DNA from: Eledone cirrhosa
Taxonomy: Eukaryota
DNA: 64,000 nucleotides
Assembly (NCBI GenBank): GCA_964016885.1
Contig: OZ024741.1
Location: 127,038,001-127,102,000 of the forward strand
Direction: 5' to 3'
Shown here: one piece after another, positions 1 through 15,079 of the stretch
How positions within the stretch are numbered: the first letter of the stretch is position 1
How the letters are laid out: the number at the start of each line of letters is the position of its first letter
Notes under the pieces: generated by a model
Database searches by the model: none
What the model was told of the DNA's origin: nothing
The model's input: only the letters and a program-made list of their open reading frames with translations
Translations under genes and position numbers: made by a program

Positions 1-831
1 CGATAACTCATAAAAATTCAACTAACTTACTCCGCCGTAGTTACCGCCGTCTCATAATAATAACAACAACTAATAATAATATAATGACACATAAGTAAAC
101 AAGTTTAAAAAAACTCGGTTAGTTTGATTAATGTGTAAGCGTGGTAATTTAATATGAAAAGTCTTCACTACGGCCTGGATTAGAGAAGAAGGTTAAATGG
201 GTAGAAGGAGCCATTTAATATTGGAGCGTCAATTAACTTATTTTTCAAGTACCAAATTTGGGTTGCAACGCTAATGAAATCTTATTTCTCCTAATTGCTG
301 ATATCGAAGATTAAATGGATTTCAAATTAATTCTATATATATCATCAACGTTCTATTTGAACAGATAACTGTATGTTATTGATAACTATAATCAAGCGAC
401 CAAAGTTTCCTGAATTTTAATTATACATTGAGTTGCTGGTGTTATTTGATCTTGATAACCCAAATTTATCTTTTGTTTTTGTTTTTGTTTTTGTAAAATT
501 ATTCATACTTGATAAGATATTCGTTAATATTGAATAGCTAATTTTCTGTGAATTTATGCTACAGACTTTTACTGAATACTGACTTTGATGGAATATGTAT
601 AGTTAAATCACCTGAGCTTTCTTTTTCATTTTCTATTATTACGTTACGAAGTATATAAGAGATATCATCCAATGGTTTCTTAAAAACAGCTGGATAATAG
701 TACATATAATTTCTACCTTATAGAATAGCGTACGTCGTGTGATATTGACTGAGATAGACTTCACTCGGTAGGAGGTTATCTAATAATACATGATGGGTAT
801 TTAGAATTATATATATATATATATATATATA

Positions 832-2512
832 TTGTCTACAAATGTAAAGATGAAACACCCACGTCCCGTAAGGGCTACATAAGGTTAACCGCCAATAGAT
901 TCAAGCATCGTCTTTACATGCATACCCATTCTTTTCTTAACCTTTTAAGAAAGAATAGGACGTCACTTTCAGCTTATATCTGGACTCTAAAGGACAACCA
1001 CACCAAATATAAGTTACACTGGGAGATCCTAGCTAAAGCTAGATCGTATAACGGAAATAAAGGACCATGTGACCTCTGCGCCGCTGAAGCCCTGGAAATA
1101 CTCTACGCCAAAGACCACATCTTAAACAAAAAATCTGAGGCAATTTCGGCTTGTAAACATAAATTGCACAAAACTTTCAGGTATTACAGCCCCACATTAT
1201 ACCCTAACAGATAGTACGAACTATACGCGGATATTTTACGTCTTGATGTGGTAGCTAAGTACATGTTGTTTATACCATTACTTATTTATATAGGTAAGTA
1301 TATATTACCTGTATGTGTTGTGAAGGTATGTATACTTTCTCGTACGTATATTTGCTTGTATATTTTATAGGCGTATATGTTATATTATATATACTGGTAC
1401 ATGTGCATATGGTTATGTGTATACGTACGTTTTGCGTCTGTGTGAGTATGCAGGTTCGTACGTATGTAGGGTGTGTGTATATGTGTACTTTATGTTTTGG
1501 TTGACGTTCTTTTAGCGAACATATGTGCATTTACATGTAGGTATGTGTGTGCGCGCATTATATACGTATTTATGTGTGTATATTTATATACGTTTATATA
1601 ATTATATGTATACACGCGCACACACATATATATTTTTTTTTTATGTGTATTTGGTGTATACGTTCGTATGTGTGCAAGTACAGGCGTTGCGTGGGTTCTG
1701 TATGTGCGTGCGTGTTTTTTTGTGTACGTGATTGTATTTGCATACCCATGGCGGGTGTTTTCACGTATGCATGTGTATGTACGTATATGGATGCGTGCAT
1801 GTATATATTTAATTTTTGTTGATTTCAATTACCTCTGTAATTTATTTACATTATTCTTAACTCTGAAGCAGAGAATCATTCGGTTTCCTAAATAGAATTT
1901 TAGTCTAAGACTTCAGTTATACCATGAACGTGGTTTTGTCTTGGCGTGCAATTGTTCTCAACGGTCCACATAATGACGTATTATCTTCGGTTTTTTCGTC
2001 CATTGCCAGAGAACGTCTCCACGAACCACCTAATATAATATTAGTCTACGATTTCGTTTATACCATAAACGTGGTTTTGTATTTGCGTGTAATTGTTTTC
2101 ACCGCTCCAAAGAATTGTTTCTACTGTTGGCACAAGGCCGGCAAATATCCAGTACATTACTGGTACTTTATTTTATCGATCCCGTAAGGATGAAAGGCAA
2201 ATAATGAACCGCTCCAAATAATGACGTATTATATTCGTTTTTTCCCGTTCTTTGCCAGGGAACGTTTCCACGAACCAAAGTATCGTCTTCCTGTCTTCCT
2301 TCGATTGCAACGTTTTTCGAAATATTTACTTCTGCGTTCACAGATTAAATTTTTTAGTTTCAGAAGATCCTGTTAAGTGTGAAAGCAGCGATTCTTTGCT
2401 TAAACTTTAATCTGTTATTTTAATAAATATTTGCTCTACGGTTGTTATATATTTGATATATATTTACCCTTATCGAGCCCTGTTTGGATTTAGTCTTCAA
2501 ATTTATTATTAT

Positions 2513-2515
<3 letters not shown>
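832..2515 (+). mobile_element. Penelope-like element 3' fragment (GIY-YIG endonuclease C-terminal part plus 3' UTR/terminal region)
   Basis: ORF 918-1214 has TSLSAYIWTLKD...LHWEILAKARSY...CDLCAAE...LNKKSE...CKH, matching the other PLE endonuclease ends in this window. The end region 2386-2515 recurs inverted at about 7515-7650 and in pieces near 40405-40480. Bounded by (TA)n. Confidence 0.75.
2112..2207 (-). mobile_element. 5'-truncated tRNA-SINE fragment with 11-bp target-site duplication
   Basis: Same GGCACAAGGCC...TACTGGTAC...TTATCGA.CCCGTAAGGATGAAAGGCAAA segment as the other SINE copies. Flanked by ACCGCTCCAAA at 2101-2111 and 2208-2218. Confidence 0.8.
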
Positions 2516-2547
<32 letters not shown>

Positions 2548-2661
2548 AATATATGTGTGTGTGTGTATGTGTGTGTATATATATTTATATATATATGTAT
2601 ATATATATGTATATATTTATATATATATGTATATATATATATGTATATATATGTATATATT

Positions 2662-2715
<54 letters not shown>

Positions 2716-2774
2716 CATATATGTATATATATGTGTATATATATATGTATATATATATGTATATATTTATATAT

Positions 2775-3663
2775 TGAAAAGAACAACAATGTTACTGACC
2801 GAAGACAAATTCGAAATGATCCACTTTGGAAAAGAGGATGCTCTGAAACTCCCGTACTCCCTTCCCTCCGGTGAAACTCTCGTGGCATCTAACAACATCA
2901 GAGACTTGGGAGTAACCGTGGACAGCAACATAAGCTGGGACACGCATATAAGCAGCAAAGTTGACATGGCCCGCAGAATGTGTTCCTGGATCCTCAGAAC
3001 CTTCCAGTCGAGAGATTCCCACGCCATTATCCTTCTCTTCTCCACTTTTGCCCGACCACACCTTGAATACTGTTGTCCACTGTTGTCTCCTCACACGAAA
3101 CAAAGTATCATGAAACTTGAAGCTCCCCAAAGGGTAATCACAAAAAAGATAGATGGTATGTCAGACCTTGACTACTGGGGTCGACTAGAAAAGCTGAAAC
3201 TTTACTCACTCCAACGTTGCCGTGAGCGTTATATTATCTGCATGATGTGGAAAATGTTTAATCAGCACTGCCCAAATGATGTTGGCATCACCTTAAAAAT
3301 ACACCCAAGACTTGTGCTCCGTGCTATCCGTCCCAAACAAGAATCTAAATCGCAACTCATAACAACGATACGGCACAATTATTTCACCTCAATTGGCCCT
3401 GCTCTCTTCAACATCACACCAGGACGCGTCAAAACAGAAACTGACCACACAAAATTCAAGACGTCTTTGGACAAATTCCTCCAAGTAATCCCGGACAAAC
3501 CACCCACACCCGGATATGTCTCCGCAAACAGTAATTCTCTTCTCGAATGGGTCATGGTGCCCAAATCCTGAATTGAAAGACTTCGCCAGGTGGTGCTATT
3601 AAGTTAGACATGGCCTGGGCCAATACTGGCCAAAACATTTCAAAGTTATTCAAAGTTCAAAGT

Positions 3664-3664
<1 letters not shown>
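2775..3664 (+). mobile_element. CR1/L2-group LINE, 5'-truncated, RT C-terminal region and 3' end
   Basis: Translation [18 protein letters not shown]...RPHLEYC...LSPH...[12 protein letters not shown] is typical of the post-RT region of CR1-group LINEs. Ends in short TCAAAGT repeats before (TA)n. Confidence 0.8.
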
Positions 3665-3738
<74 letters not shown>

Positions 3739-3777
3739 ATGTATATAATATGTATATATATATATATATGTATATAT

Positions 3778-3808
<31 letters not shown>

Positions 3809-3814
3809 TATATA

Positions 3815-4010
3815 TATTATTATGTAATAAACAACATAAGGCAATTATTCCATTTACCAGTGGTTTCTTAAAAGCAAAAGGTTTTGCTTTCAATCCTCAG
3901 AACGAAAAAATCCTGGTTTGTTTATTGAATTTGGATCTTAAAAACCCTATGTAAGCAACAGATCTTAATTATTATTATGTAATAAACAACATAAGGCAAT
4001 TATTCCATTT
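3815..4010 (-). mobile_element. Retrozyme-like non-autonomous element: 155-bp monomer plus 41-bp direct terminal redundancy, inserted in (TA)n
   Basis: TATTATTATGTAATAAACAACATAAGGCAATTATTCCATTT occurs at 3815-3855 and 3970-4010 (period 155). Contains a complete hammerhead motif and no meaningful ORF. Confidence 0.75.
3848..3907 (-). ncRNA. Type I hammerhead ribozyme (canonical core)
   Basis: Minus strand: stem I UUUCGUU, core CUGAGGA, stem II UUGAAAGCAAAA-CC-UUUUGCUUUUAA, GAAA, stem III CC-ACU-GG, UA^ (GUA triplet), stem I' AAUGGAA. Confidence 0.85.
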
Positions 4011-4199
4011 CATACATATATATATATATATGTTAGACATATATACAATATATATGTATATATATAATATATATGTATATATATATAATATATATGTCTA
4101 TATATAATATATATGTATATATATATATATAATATATTTGTATATATATATAATATATATGTATATATATATATAATATATATGTATATATATAATATA

Positions 4200-4230
<31 letters not shown>

Positions 4231-4254
4231 TCACATATATATATATGTACATAA

Positions 4255-7260
<3,006 letters not shown>

Positions 7261-7414
7261 AATTAAGTTAAAAGTGTACATCCACATATGTATACTGAAA
7301 TACTAGTATGCATATAAATACAAACACGTATACATATGTACATGTACCGAGTTTTTCACTGGACACTTTACTGTGAGTGTCCAGCTAGTCTGTATGTAAC
7401 CAAACAGACAAACC

Positions 7415-7498
<84 letters not shown>

Positions 7499-7648
7499 GT
7501 ATATATATATATATAATAATAATAATAAATTTTAAGACTAAAAATCCAAAGAGGGCTCGATAAGGATAAATATATGTCGAATATATAACAACCGTAGAGC
7601 AAATAATTATTAAAATAACAGATTAAAGTTTAAGCAAAGAATCGCTGC

Positions 7649-7694
<46 letters not shown>

Positions 7695-7696
7695 TG

Positions 7697-7756
<60 letters not shown>

Positions 7757-7858
7757 AACGAGTAGGTCCTACCCGTTCCTATTAGCCACTCTACTACCCT
7801 AAGTATTGAGTACTTTGGTGCGTTATGGTCCACCTGGTTCCTTACCACATTTCCTTCG

Positions 7859-7962
<104 letters not shown>

Positions 7963-8114
7963 ATATATCTATATATATGTATATATATATATATGTGTGT
8001 GTGTGTGTATACATATATATGTATATATATATATACATATATATATGTACATATATATATATATATGTGTGTATACATATATATATATATATATATATGT
8101 GTATGTGTATGTGT

Positions 8115-8173
<59 letters not shown>

Positions 8174-8174
8174 C

Positions 8175-8206
<32 letters not shown>

Positions 8207-8229
8207 ATATATATATATATGTGTGTGTG

Positions 8230-8865
8230 TGTATGTATGTATATAAATGTCAGGTCACCAGTTGGTGCTACTGGTAACATGTATCCCAGTACAACCTGTC
8301 CCATGGTCGGGGCGTTGGCGACTAAACTGGCAACCCCACCAAGGTTTCTTGTTGAGGAGGGTGACTTTGGACATCCTGCAGGACTAAAAACAAAACCTGC
8401 CAGAGGGCAAAGGAGCTCGTAAGAGTCAATGGCCATCCAAAATCACCGGGGGAGATGACCTCTTAGCCTTTGTCAAGGCAGAATTCTAGGAGAAGGAAAA
8501 CTCTGATATAACACCTGCAACCCTGATGGTATCCAATGATGTTGACTTGTTCTTTTTTTTGGTAAACATCATCTTGGTTAAGAGAGTGGGACTGGCTTTG
8601 TACAGTGCCTTTGCTCACTATAAAAGCTTCACGGCACAGACATTGCTTTATATCTGGAGATCTCTCTGCACTTCCCGTTACATGGTACCATGGGCCCAGC
8701 ACTATGTGTCAATAATTGTAACAAGTCTAGTGTTTGTACCAGAGTTTTCAAGTCGCTGGCTGGACTAAAAAGTCACACTCGTTCAGCGCATCGGTAGGGG
8801 TTCTCCTACACGGATATAAAGTAGTGGCCGTACTCGAAAACGAGTTGGCAGCCACTACCATGTAT
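8230..8865 (+). mobile_element. Probable non-autonomous RTE-related element (RTE-like 5' UTR joined to RTE-type 3' tail)
   Basis: The 3' part 8640-8862 recurs inverted at 13148-13350 and partly at 14160-14200. It ends in CTCG-AAAA-CGAG...GCAGCC.C.A, like the 3' end of the RTE at 28225. Confidence 0.5.
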
Positions 8866-8869
8866 ATAA

Positions 8870-9140
8870 AGAGATGAATAACTTCACTGGTGGTAGGTAT
8901 TCTTTCATATTTTAAATCTTTACAGTAAGTTGTTATTGAAATTAGTGCTGGTGCCAGGGCGCGCCGCGTTAACCCCATCGCCGCAATTGTCGGATGGTGG
9001 GTTTAACACGTCGCGCCTTAGCACCAAAACTAATATCATAACAACTTACTGTAAAGATTTGAATTATGAATGAATACCAACCACCAGTGAAGTAGCTCTG
9101 TTTTCAAATATATTTTAGGAATTCCATACATGTTTCACTA
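8870..9140. repeat. Diverged fold-back (inverted-repeat) mini-element with unpaired tail
   Basis: ACTTCACTGGTGGT...AAATCTTTACAGTAAGTTGTTAT (8881-8936) pairs with ATAACAACTTACTGTAAAGATTT...ACCACCAGTGAAGT (9038-9094). Tail runs to (TA)n. Confidence 0.7.
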
Positions 9141-9164
9141 TATATATATATATAATATATAATG

Positions 9165-9274
9165 AGTATTCCGATTATTTGATCAAAGACACACTGTATT
9201 TAAGGTCGAGTGAAGCAACTTCGAGTGATTAGCGGCCTTAGACTCTCCTGATCAATGAAACAATTGTTAATACT
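9165..9274 (+). ncRNA. Degenerate hammerhead motif in a small (TA)n-flanked element
   Basis: AGUAUU, CCGAUUA (decayed core), stem II UUGAUCA...UGAUCAA with long loop, GAAA, palindromic CAAUUG, UU^, AAUACU. Confidence 0.5.
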
Positions 9275-9335
9275 GTAAATAAAACCCTTTTTGTACTGTT
9301 GACCATGTTATTCTTCACTCTTTCACTATATATAT

Positions 9336-9515
9336 AATTGTTTCTACTTTTGGCACAAGGCCAGCAAATACCCAGTGCATTACTGGTCGATATTTTATCG
9401 ACCTCGTAAGGATGAAAGGCAAAGTCAACCTCGGCAGGATTGAACTCAGAATGGAAAGGGCCGTAACTATGTGTCAAAGCATGGCGTCCGACCCTCTACC
9501 GATACTGCCAATCGA
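9336..9515 (-). mobile_element. tRNA-derived SINE (Meta-core-like)
   Basis: Minus strand has a B-box-like GAGTTCAATCC followed by GAGGTTGACTTTGCCTTTCATCCTTACGAGGTCGATAAAA. Multiple copies in the window. Confidence 0.8.
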
Positions 9516-9611
9516 CACAGTTGGAACGATCCACTTTCGTCAAATCGGACCGAGGAAACAATGTTTTCATTGGTCTTTCTAATTGCTAATACTCTCTATC
9601 GGTCGCAACTC

Positions 9612-9741
9612 CAGGTAGAAGGAGCAACGTGAAATAAAGTGTCTTGCTCAAGGACATAACGCATCGCCTGCTCTGGGAATCGAACTCACAACCTCACGAT
9701 TGCGAATCCAATTCTCTAATCACTCAGCCACGCGCTCTCAC
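9612..9741 (-). mobile_element. tRNA-derived SINE head (second family)
   Basis: Minus strand: A box TGGCTGAGTGA, B box GAGTTCGATTCC, then TGTCCTTGAGCAAGACACTT. Decayed relatives lie near 16790-16990, 29630-29720 and 44620-44750. Confidence 0.75.
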
Positions 9742-9818
9742 ATATATATATGTGGAATTAATTCACGTTAGATCGACGCGAGAGAGACAACTGTGAAAAC
9801 TCAGAATATAATAAATTA

Positions 9819-11507
9819 CACCGTGTAACATATTTTTTGTTTCCCGGTTCTAAGTGACATTTCCCATTATTATTAAAAAAACTCTATTATTTAATCAGAG
9901 GTTTGGGTTTGTGGTCAGGAGTTTGATATTTCGAAATTTTCATATTTTTCAAGAAAAAACACATTTTTTTTAAATTTATCAGTTCGTATAATTAAATCAA
10001 CAGAGTATATATTTCTTTTATTAGACAAGCTTATCAAAAGCAAACAAGTAAAAACAAATAACACTTATAAAGCAACTTATACACGTCCGAAATGACTGGA
10101 TTTCCTGGATTTGCGGTTGTAGTCCAGGTCGCATTCCCACATTAGCCCCCAGATATAGTCCCCCATCATTCTTTCATTGTAGTGGCCCTGGTAATTCCGC
10201 TCTATCTCTTTCATATCTTGGTGGAATCTTTCGCCTTGTTCTTCTGAGTAGGCGCCCATATTGTCCTTGAATTTTTCCAGGTGAGCGTACAGCATATGGA
10301 GTTTAAGTGACATCCTGCATCCCATGACGCCAAAAGCCTTTATCAGATCCTGCACCAGTTGCTGGTAGTTTTCAGCTCTGTAGTTGCCTAGGAAACCCTT
10401 AACAACTGCTTTGAAACAGTTCCATGCTGTTCTCTCAATCCTATTGAGCTTATTGGAGAACTCGGTAGACTCAAACACCTTCTTTATCTGAGGTCCAACA
10501 AAAATTCCACCTTTGATTTTGGCCTCAGATAACTTGAGGAAGAACTCAAGAAGGTACTTAAAAGCGGCTGATTCTTGGTTGAGAGCCTTCACAAACTGCT
10601 TCATCAACCCCAACTTAATGTGCAGTGGCGGCATGAGCACAATCCTGGGATCAAACAGTGGCTCCCACATGACACTCCGAGTCCCAACTACAAATTCTGT
10701 TCGCTGCTCCCAGTTCTTTCTTTTGTAGTGGTCAGAGGTGGCTCTGCTGTCCCAAAGGCAGAGGAAGCATTGGAATTTGATAAAGCCTCTTTGGAGTCCA
10801 AGCAGGAAAGCCACCATCTTGAAGTCTCCAATGATTTTCCCAATTGTACTGGTTGTATTTCAGAGCTTCCAAGAGGACTTTCACACTGTAGTAATCTTCC
10901 TTCGGGCAGACTGAATGAGCTAGGGGAAGTGTCGGAAACTTGTTTCCATTGTGGAGAAGGACAGCCTTCAAACTTGTGGTGGAGCTGTCTATAAATAGCC
11001 GCCACTCCTTGGGCACAAATGGCACCCCAATAACGTCAAACAGTCCAGGCACGTCATCGCAGAAGCAGAGGCCATCCCTAAGAGTGTAAAAGCCTGAGAA
11101 AGGTTCGTGTCGACTTCTCTGACTTGTCACCTGCACTTCCTCCTTGACCAAGTTCCACTGCTTCATCCTGGAGACGAATGCTTAAAACACAATTATCAAT
11201 AAATCTCTTTAATCCACTTTTTAACAATTTTATACTTTATTGCACTTTTATAATTTTCTTTAGGTATTACTCTTTATTTTATAATTTTAATTTAACCTGA
11301 AAGATATATAAAAAAAAAATCATTTAACATAAGCAAATTAAACTTACATACAACATAAAATCCTGCATACAAATAATTCTAGTGAATAGCTTCGAATTTT
11401 TACAAACTGTTTAATAGCACTTTTTTTTTATTTGGGACCTAAGCAACACAAAAAAAAAGTGATTACAAGCCAGGAACAGAGAAAAAAAATGTTTTCGTTA
11501 CACGGTG
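9819..11507 (-). mobile_element. Chapaev3-like (CMC) DNA transposon, internally deleted, frameshifted transposase
   Basis: TIRs CACCGTGTAAC (9819) and GTTACACGGTG (11507), with TTA duplicated on both sides (9816-9818, 11508-11510). Transposase motifs WRLFIDSS..SLKAVLLHNGN, CFLCLWDSR, PPLHIKLGLMKQFVKAL and EQGERFHQD in ORFs 10732-11166 and 10077-10817. Family assignment is from recalled motifs and the TWA-type TSD. Confidence 0.8.
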
Positions 11508-11549
11508 TTATTCATGTCCAGAATGTATTAGATTGTTCATGTTAGTCAG

Positions 11550-11975
11550 TGTGGAGCTTTGAAATTACTAATAGATGTTTCGAAACGCTTGGACAACGCG
11601 AGAATAATTCATTCTTTGAATTTAGACAAGCGCTATTACGCAATCTTCCTCAGATATTGATTCTTTTTTCAATGCCCAGCCAACAAAACGGAATTCCATT
11701 TCCGTATGGCTTAGACTTAGTAATAACTTTCTATTGAATAGAGTAATCCATGTCTGCGTCCTTGGGGGAAGCTTCGTTTGTCCGGGTGTCTGAATGTAGA
11801 CAGATGATTCAGGAAGCGTTCTTTAAACCGGCCCTCTGCCATACCTAAATAGGATTTGACTTCTTGTTGATTTGATCGATTAAAAGTGACTACAGCTTCG
11901 TAAACTACAGCGGGTGTGTTGCACTGATATTGAAGAGGACAAGCTTCAGGTCTTCGGCAAGAGCATCCTGGTGAC
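11550..11975 (-). mobile_element. Penelope-like GIY-YIG endonuclease fragment
   Basis: CSCRRPEACPLQYQC...VVYEAVV...SYLGMAEGRFKERFLNHLSTF, then a degenerate CLNSKNELFSRC end. Confidence 0.8.
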
Positions 11976-12191
11976 CCTGAAATGCGAATACAAATGGAAT
12001 AAAACAATTTTCGCGTAAATCGGGTGACGGGTTCCCGAGATATGGGTTTTTCCGGGTACCTTCATAAACAGAGAGAGAGAGAAGGATAAAGAGAAAGAAA
12101 TAGTAGTTGGGATAGAGTAGATTGAAAGAGAAACATAGAGAGGGAGAGGAGACAGAGAAGGAGGATAGAAGAAAGCTGGTGGTGGTATTGT

Positions 12192-12259
<68 letters not shown>

Positions 12260-12660
12260 TAAAAGGAAAAGAAAATGCTGACAAATTGTTCCCAGTGAAA
12301 AATAGTTTAATTAGGAATAAGTAAAAATTAGTAATAGTATTGGTTAGTATTCAGTTTTGGTTTTAAGTTTTACCGGTTGCGCATTTCTAATGCTTTTCAA
12401 AAATAATTTTGAGATAGAGCGTCCGTGATGTTTGCTTTAATCTGATTAGTTTTGGAAATTCTACCTGTTTTATGTAAAAAAAAGTGGCTCCAGATGTATG
12501 AAAAAATTCTTGTGGTCAAAACAATTTTGATTTGTCGGTAGAGGTCATGTGAATGTTAAAAATTGCTTTTACGCCAAATGTAGGTTTGTCTCGGCTGATT
12601 GAGAAGTCACTGAAAAATAAGTCTTTCAAGACAAATATGTGTGTGTGTGTGTAGTAGTAG

Positions 12661-12694
<34 letters not shown>

Positions 12695-12859
12695 TGTGTT
12701 TATATGTGTATGTATATGTGTGCGTGTGTCTATGACCAGTGTATATAGATCACAGACACCCACATATATATATACACACACACACATATATATATATGTA
12801 TATACACACACACACACATTTATATATATATACATGCACACACGTATATATGTGCGCTT

Positions 12860-13516
12860 TCCAGTTCATTTCACATTATATAGATGTCTGTGTATATTTT
12901 AATTATTTAAAAATTATTTTTAAGTGAACCTGATTTTTAAAAAATATTTTCAAGTGAACGTGACCCAACGGGTCACGGGTGGTCTAGTATATTACTAAAA
13001 GTCTGTGATTGCTTGCTTGCTTGTCTTTAATGTAATACAGTCAAAAGGGTGCATAATGGGAAAATACTTTGAAAGGAAGATGACCCTGAAATGGGAATAC
13101 AATTGGAATAAAAGAAGCTTCGCGTAAATCAGACACATACATATATATATGGTGGTTGCCAACTCGTTTTCGAGTACGGCCACTACTTTATATCCATGTT
13201 GAAGAACCCCTACCGATGCGCTGAAAAAGTGTGACTTTTTAGTCCAGCCAGCGACTTGAAAACTCTGGTACAAACACTACACTTGTGACAATTATTGACA
13301 CATAGTACCATGTGATGACAAGTGCAGAGAGATCTCCAGATATAAAGCAATATATATGTATACACACACACACATTTATATATATACATGCACGCACGTA
13401 TATATATGGGCTTTCCAGTTTCATTTCACATTATATATATTATCTAAAAATTATTTTTAAGTGAACATGATTTTTTTTTATATTTTGAAGTGAACGTGAC
13501 CCAACGGGTGATCTAG
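12860..13516 (+). mobile_element. Two tandem Helitron-like 3' termini (non-autonomous)
   Basis: Hairpin CGTGACCC-AAC-GGGTCACG (12959-12977), then CTAG (12984-12987) followed by T. A duplicated subterminal region ends in a partly deleted hairpin and CTAG (13513-13516) followed by T. Confidence 0.65.
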
Positions 13517-13865
13517 TAGTAAATAAAACTTATTGAAAACTGTGTATTTTAGAGGTGCGACTGTCATTTTTAGATTCAATTCATTCAATAGCTTAGTGAG
13601 GTTTCTCCTGAATGTATCTACTTGTTGTCCGTTAAACAGGTGGGAGACAAATAAACTACCATCTCATTAAATCCAACAGATAATAGAATGAAATTTATTT
13701 TGTATTAAGTTTAGAATGTATAAGCCTATTAAATTTGAAACCTCTGCAGTGTCTCAGGTTCCTATGGTTACATCAAAAAGCTCTGTACTATCTTTCTTCG
13801 ACAAGATTTTATTATTATGGAGAAGAATTGATTTTCTTGCGTCCATTATATATATATATATATAT

Positions 13866-14054
13866 AGGAAAATGTTCAAGACCCCTACGGCAGTGCTCAA
13901 GCCGGTTCGACGGGACAGTCCAGCAATAGCCGTCGAAACGGCTTGAGCTCTGCCGTTGGGGTCTTGAACATTTTCTTATTACACACTCTACTTACCTAAG
14001 TATTGAGTACTCTGGTGCGTTATGGTCCATCTGGTTACTTACCACACTTCCTTC

Positions 14055-14060
<6 letters not shown>
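13866..14060 (+). mobile_element. Fold-back mini-element, family C (carries the 3' half of a hammerhead)
   Basis: Inverted arms around about 13915, with GAAA-CGGC-UUGAGCUCU-GCCG-U(C/U)^-GGGGUC. The shared tail ...GGTGCGTTATGGTCCATCTGGTTCCTTACCACAC.TCCTTCGTT(AT)n also occurs at 7755-7862, 14812-14993, 15619-15710, 39660-39880 and 40293-40352. Confidence 0.75.
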
Positions 14061-14122
<62 letters not shown>

Positions 14123-14299
14123 TGCATATATATATATATATATGTGTATATATATATATATGGTGGCTGCCAACTCGTTTTCGAGTACGGCCACTACTTT
14201 ATATATATATACATATATACATACCCACATATATATATATATACATACATATGTATAAATGATATATGTATATATATGTACATACATATGTATAATTAA

Positions 14300-14330
<31 letters not shown>

Positions 14331-14502
14331 GCATATATATACACACATATATATACACATATATACACACACACATATATATATATGCATATATATATAT
14401 ATATACATATTCATAATGCGATGAAATACCAATGACTGATGAGGGACTAATTTTATAATATGTAATCCATGTGCAACCATGCAGTATTCTTCTGCCCTTG
14501 TT

Positions 14503-14563
<61 letters not shown>

Positions 14564-14748
14564 TCGGCAGACCTCGCAAGGACTCTATATCTTTATGATG
14601 TATTGTTTTTGTTTATGCCACGAAACTACATAGTCGAGGAATCTAGGAGCAGTTTAGGTATGATACATTTTATTACTAATTATATCTAAATGTTTCTTCT
14701 CTCTTCATAATGTATATATATATATATATGCATATATATATATATATA

Positions 14749-14811
<63 letters not shown>

Positions 14812-14814
<3 letters not shown>

Positions 14815-14991
14815 AACAAGTATGACCCCGACGGCAGAGCTCAAGCCGTTTCGACGGCTATTTATGGACTAAATAACGGCTTGAGCTCTGCCGTCGGGGT
14901 CATACTTGTTCCTATTACCCACTCTAAAACCCTAAGTATTGAGTACTTTGGTGCGTTATGGTCCATCTGGTTCCTTACCACAATTCCTTCG

Positions 14992-14993
<2 letters not shown>
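14812..14993 (+). mobile_element. Fold-back mini-element, family C
   Basis: TAGGAACAAGTATGACCCCGACGGCAGAGCTCAAGCCGTT pairs with AACGGCTTGAGCTCTGCCGTCGGGGTCATACTTGTTCCTA. Family tail follows. (TA)n on both sides. Confidence 0.8.

Positions 14994-15074
<81 letters not shown>

Positions 15075-15079
<5 letters not shown>

Noticed and set aside
9612-9741. tRNA gene
   Set aside because: A and B boxes are present but continue into SINE body sequence, with no full cloverleaf or acceptor stem.
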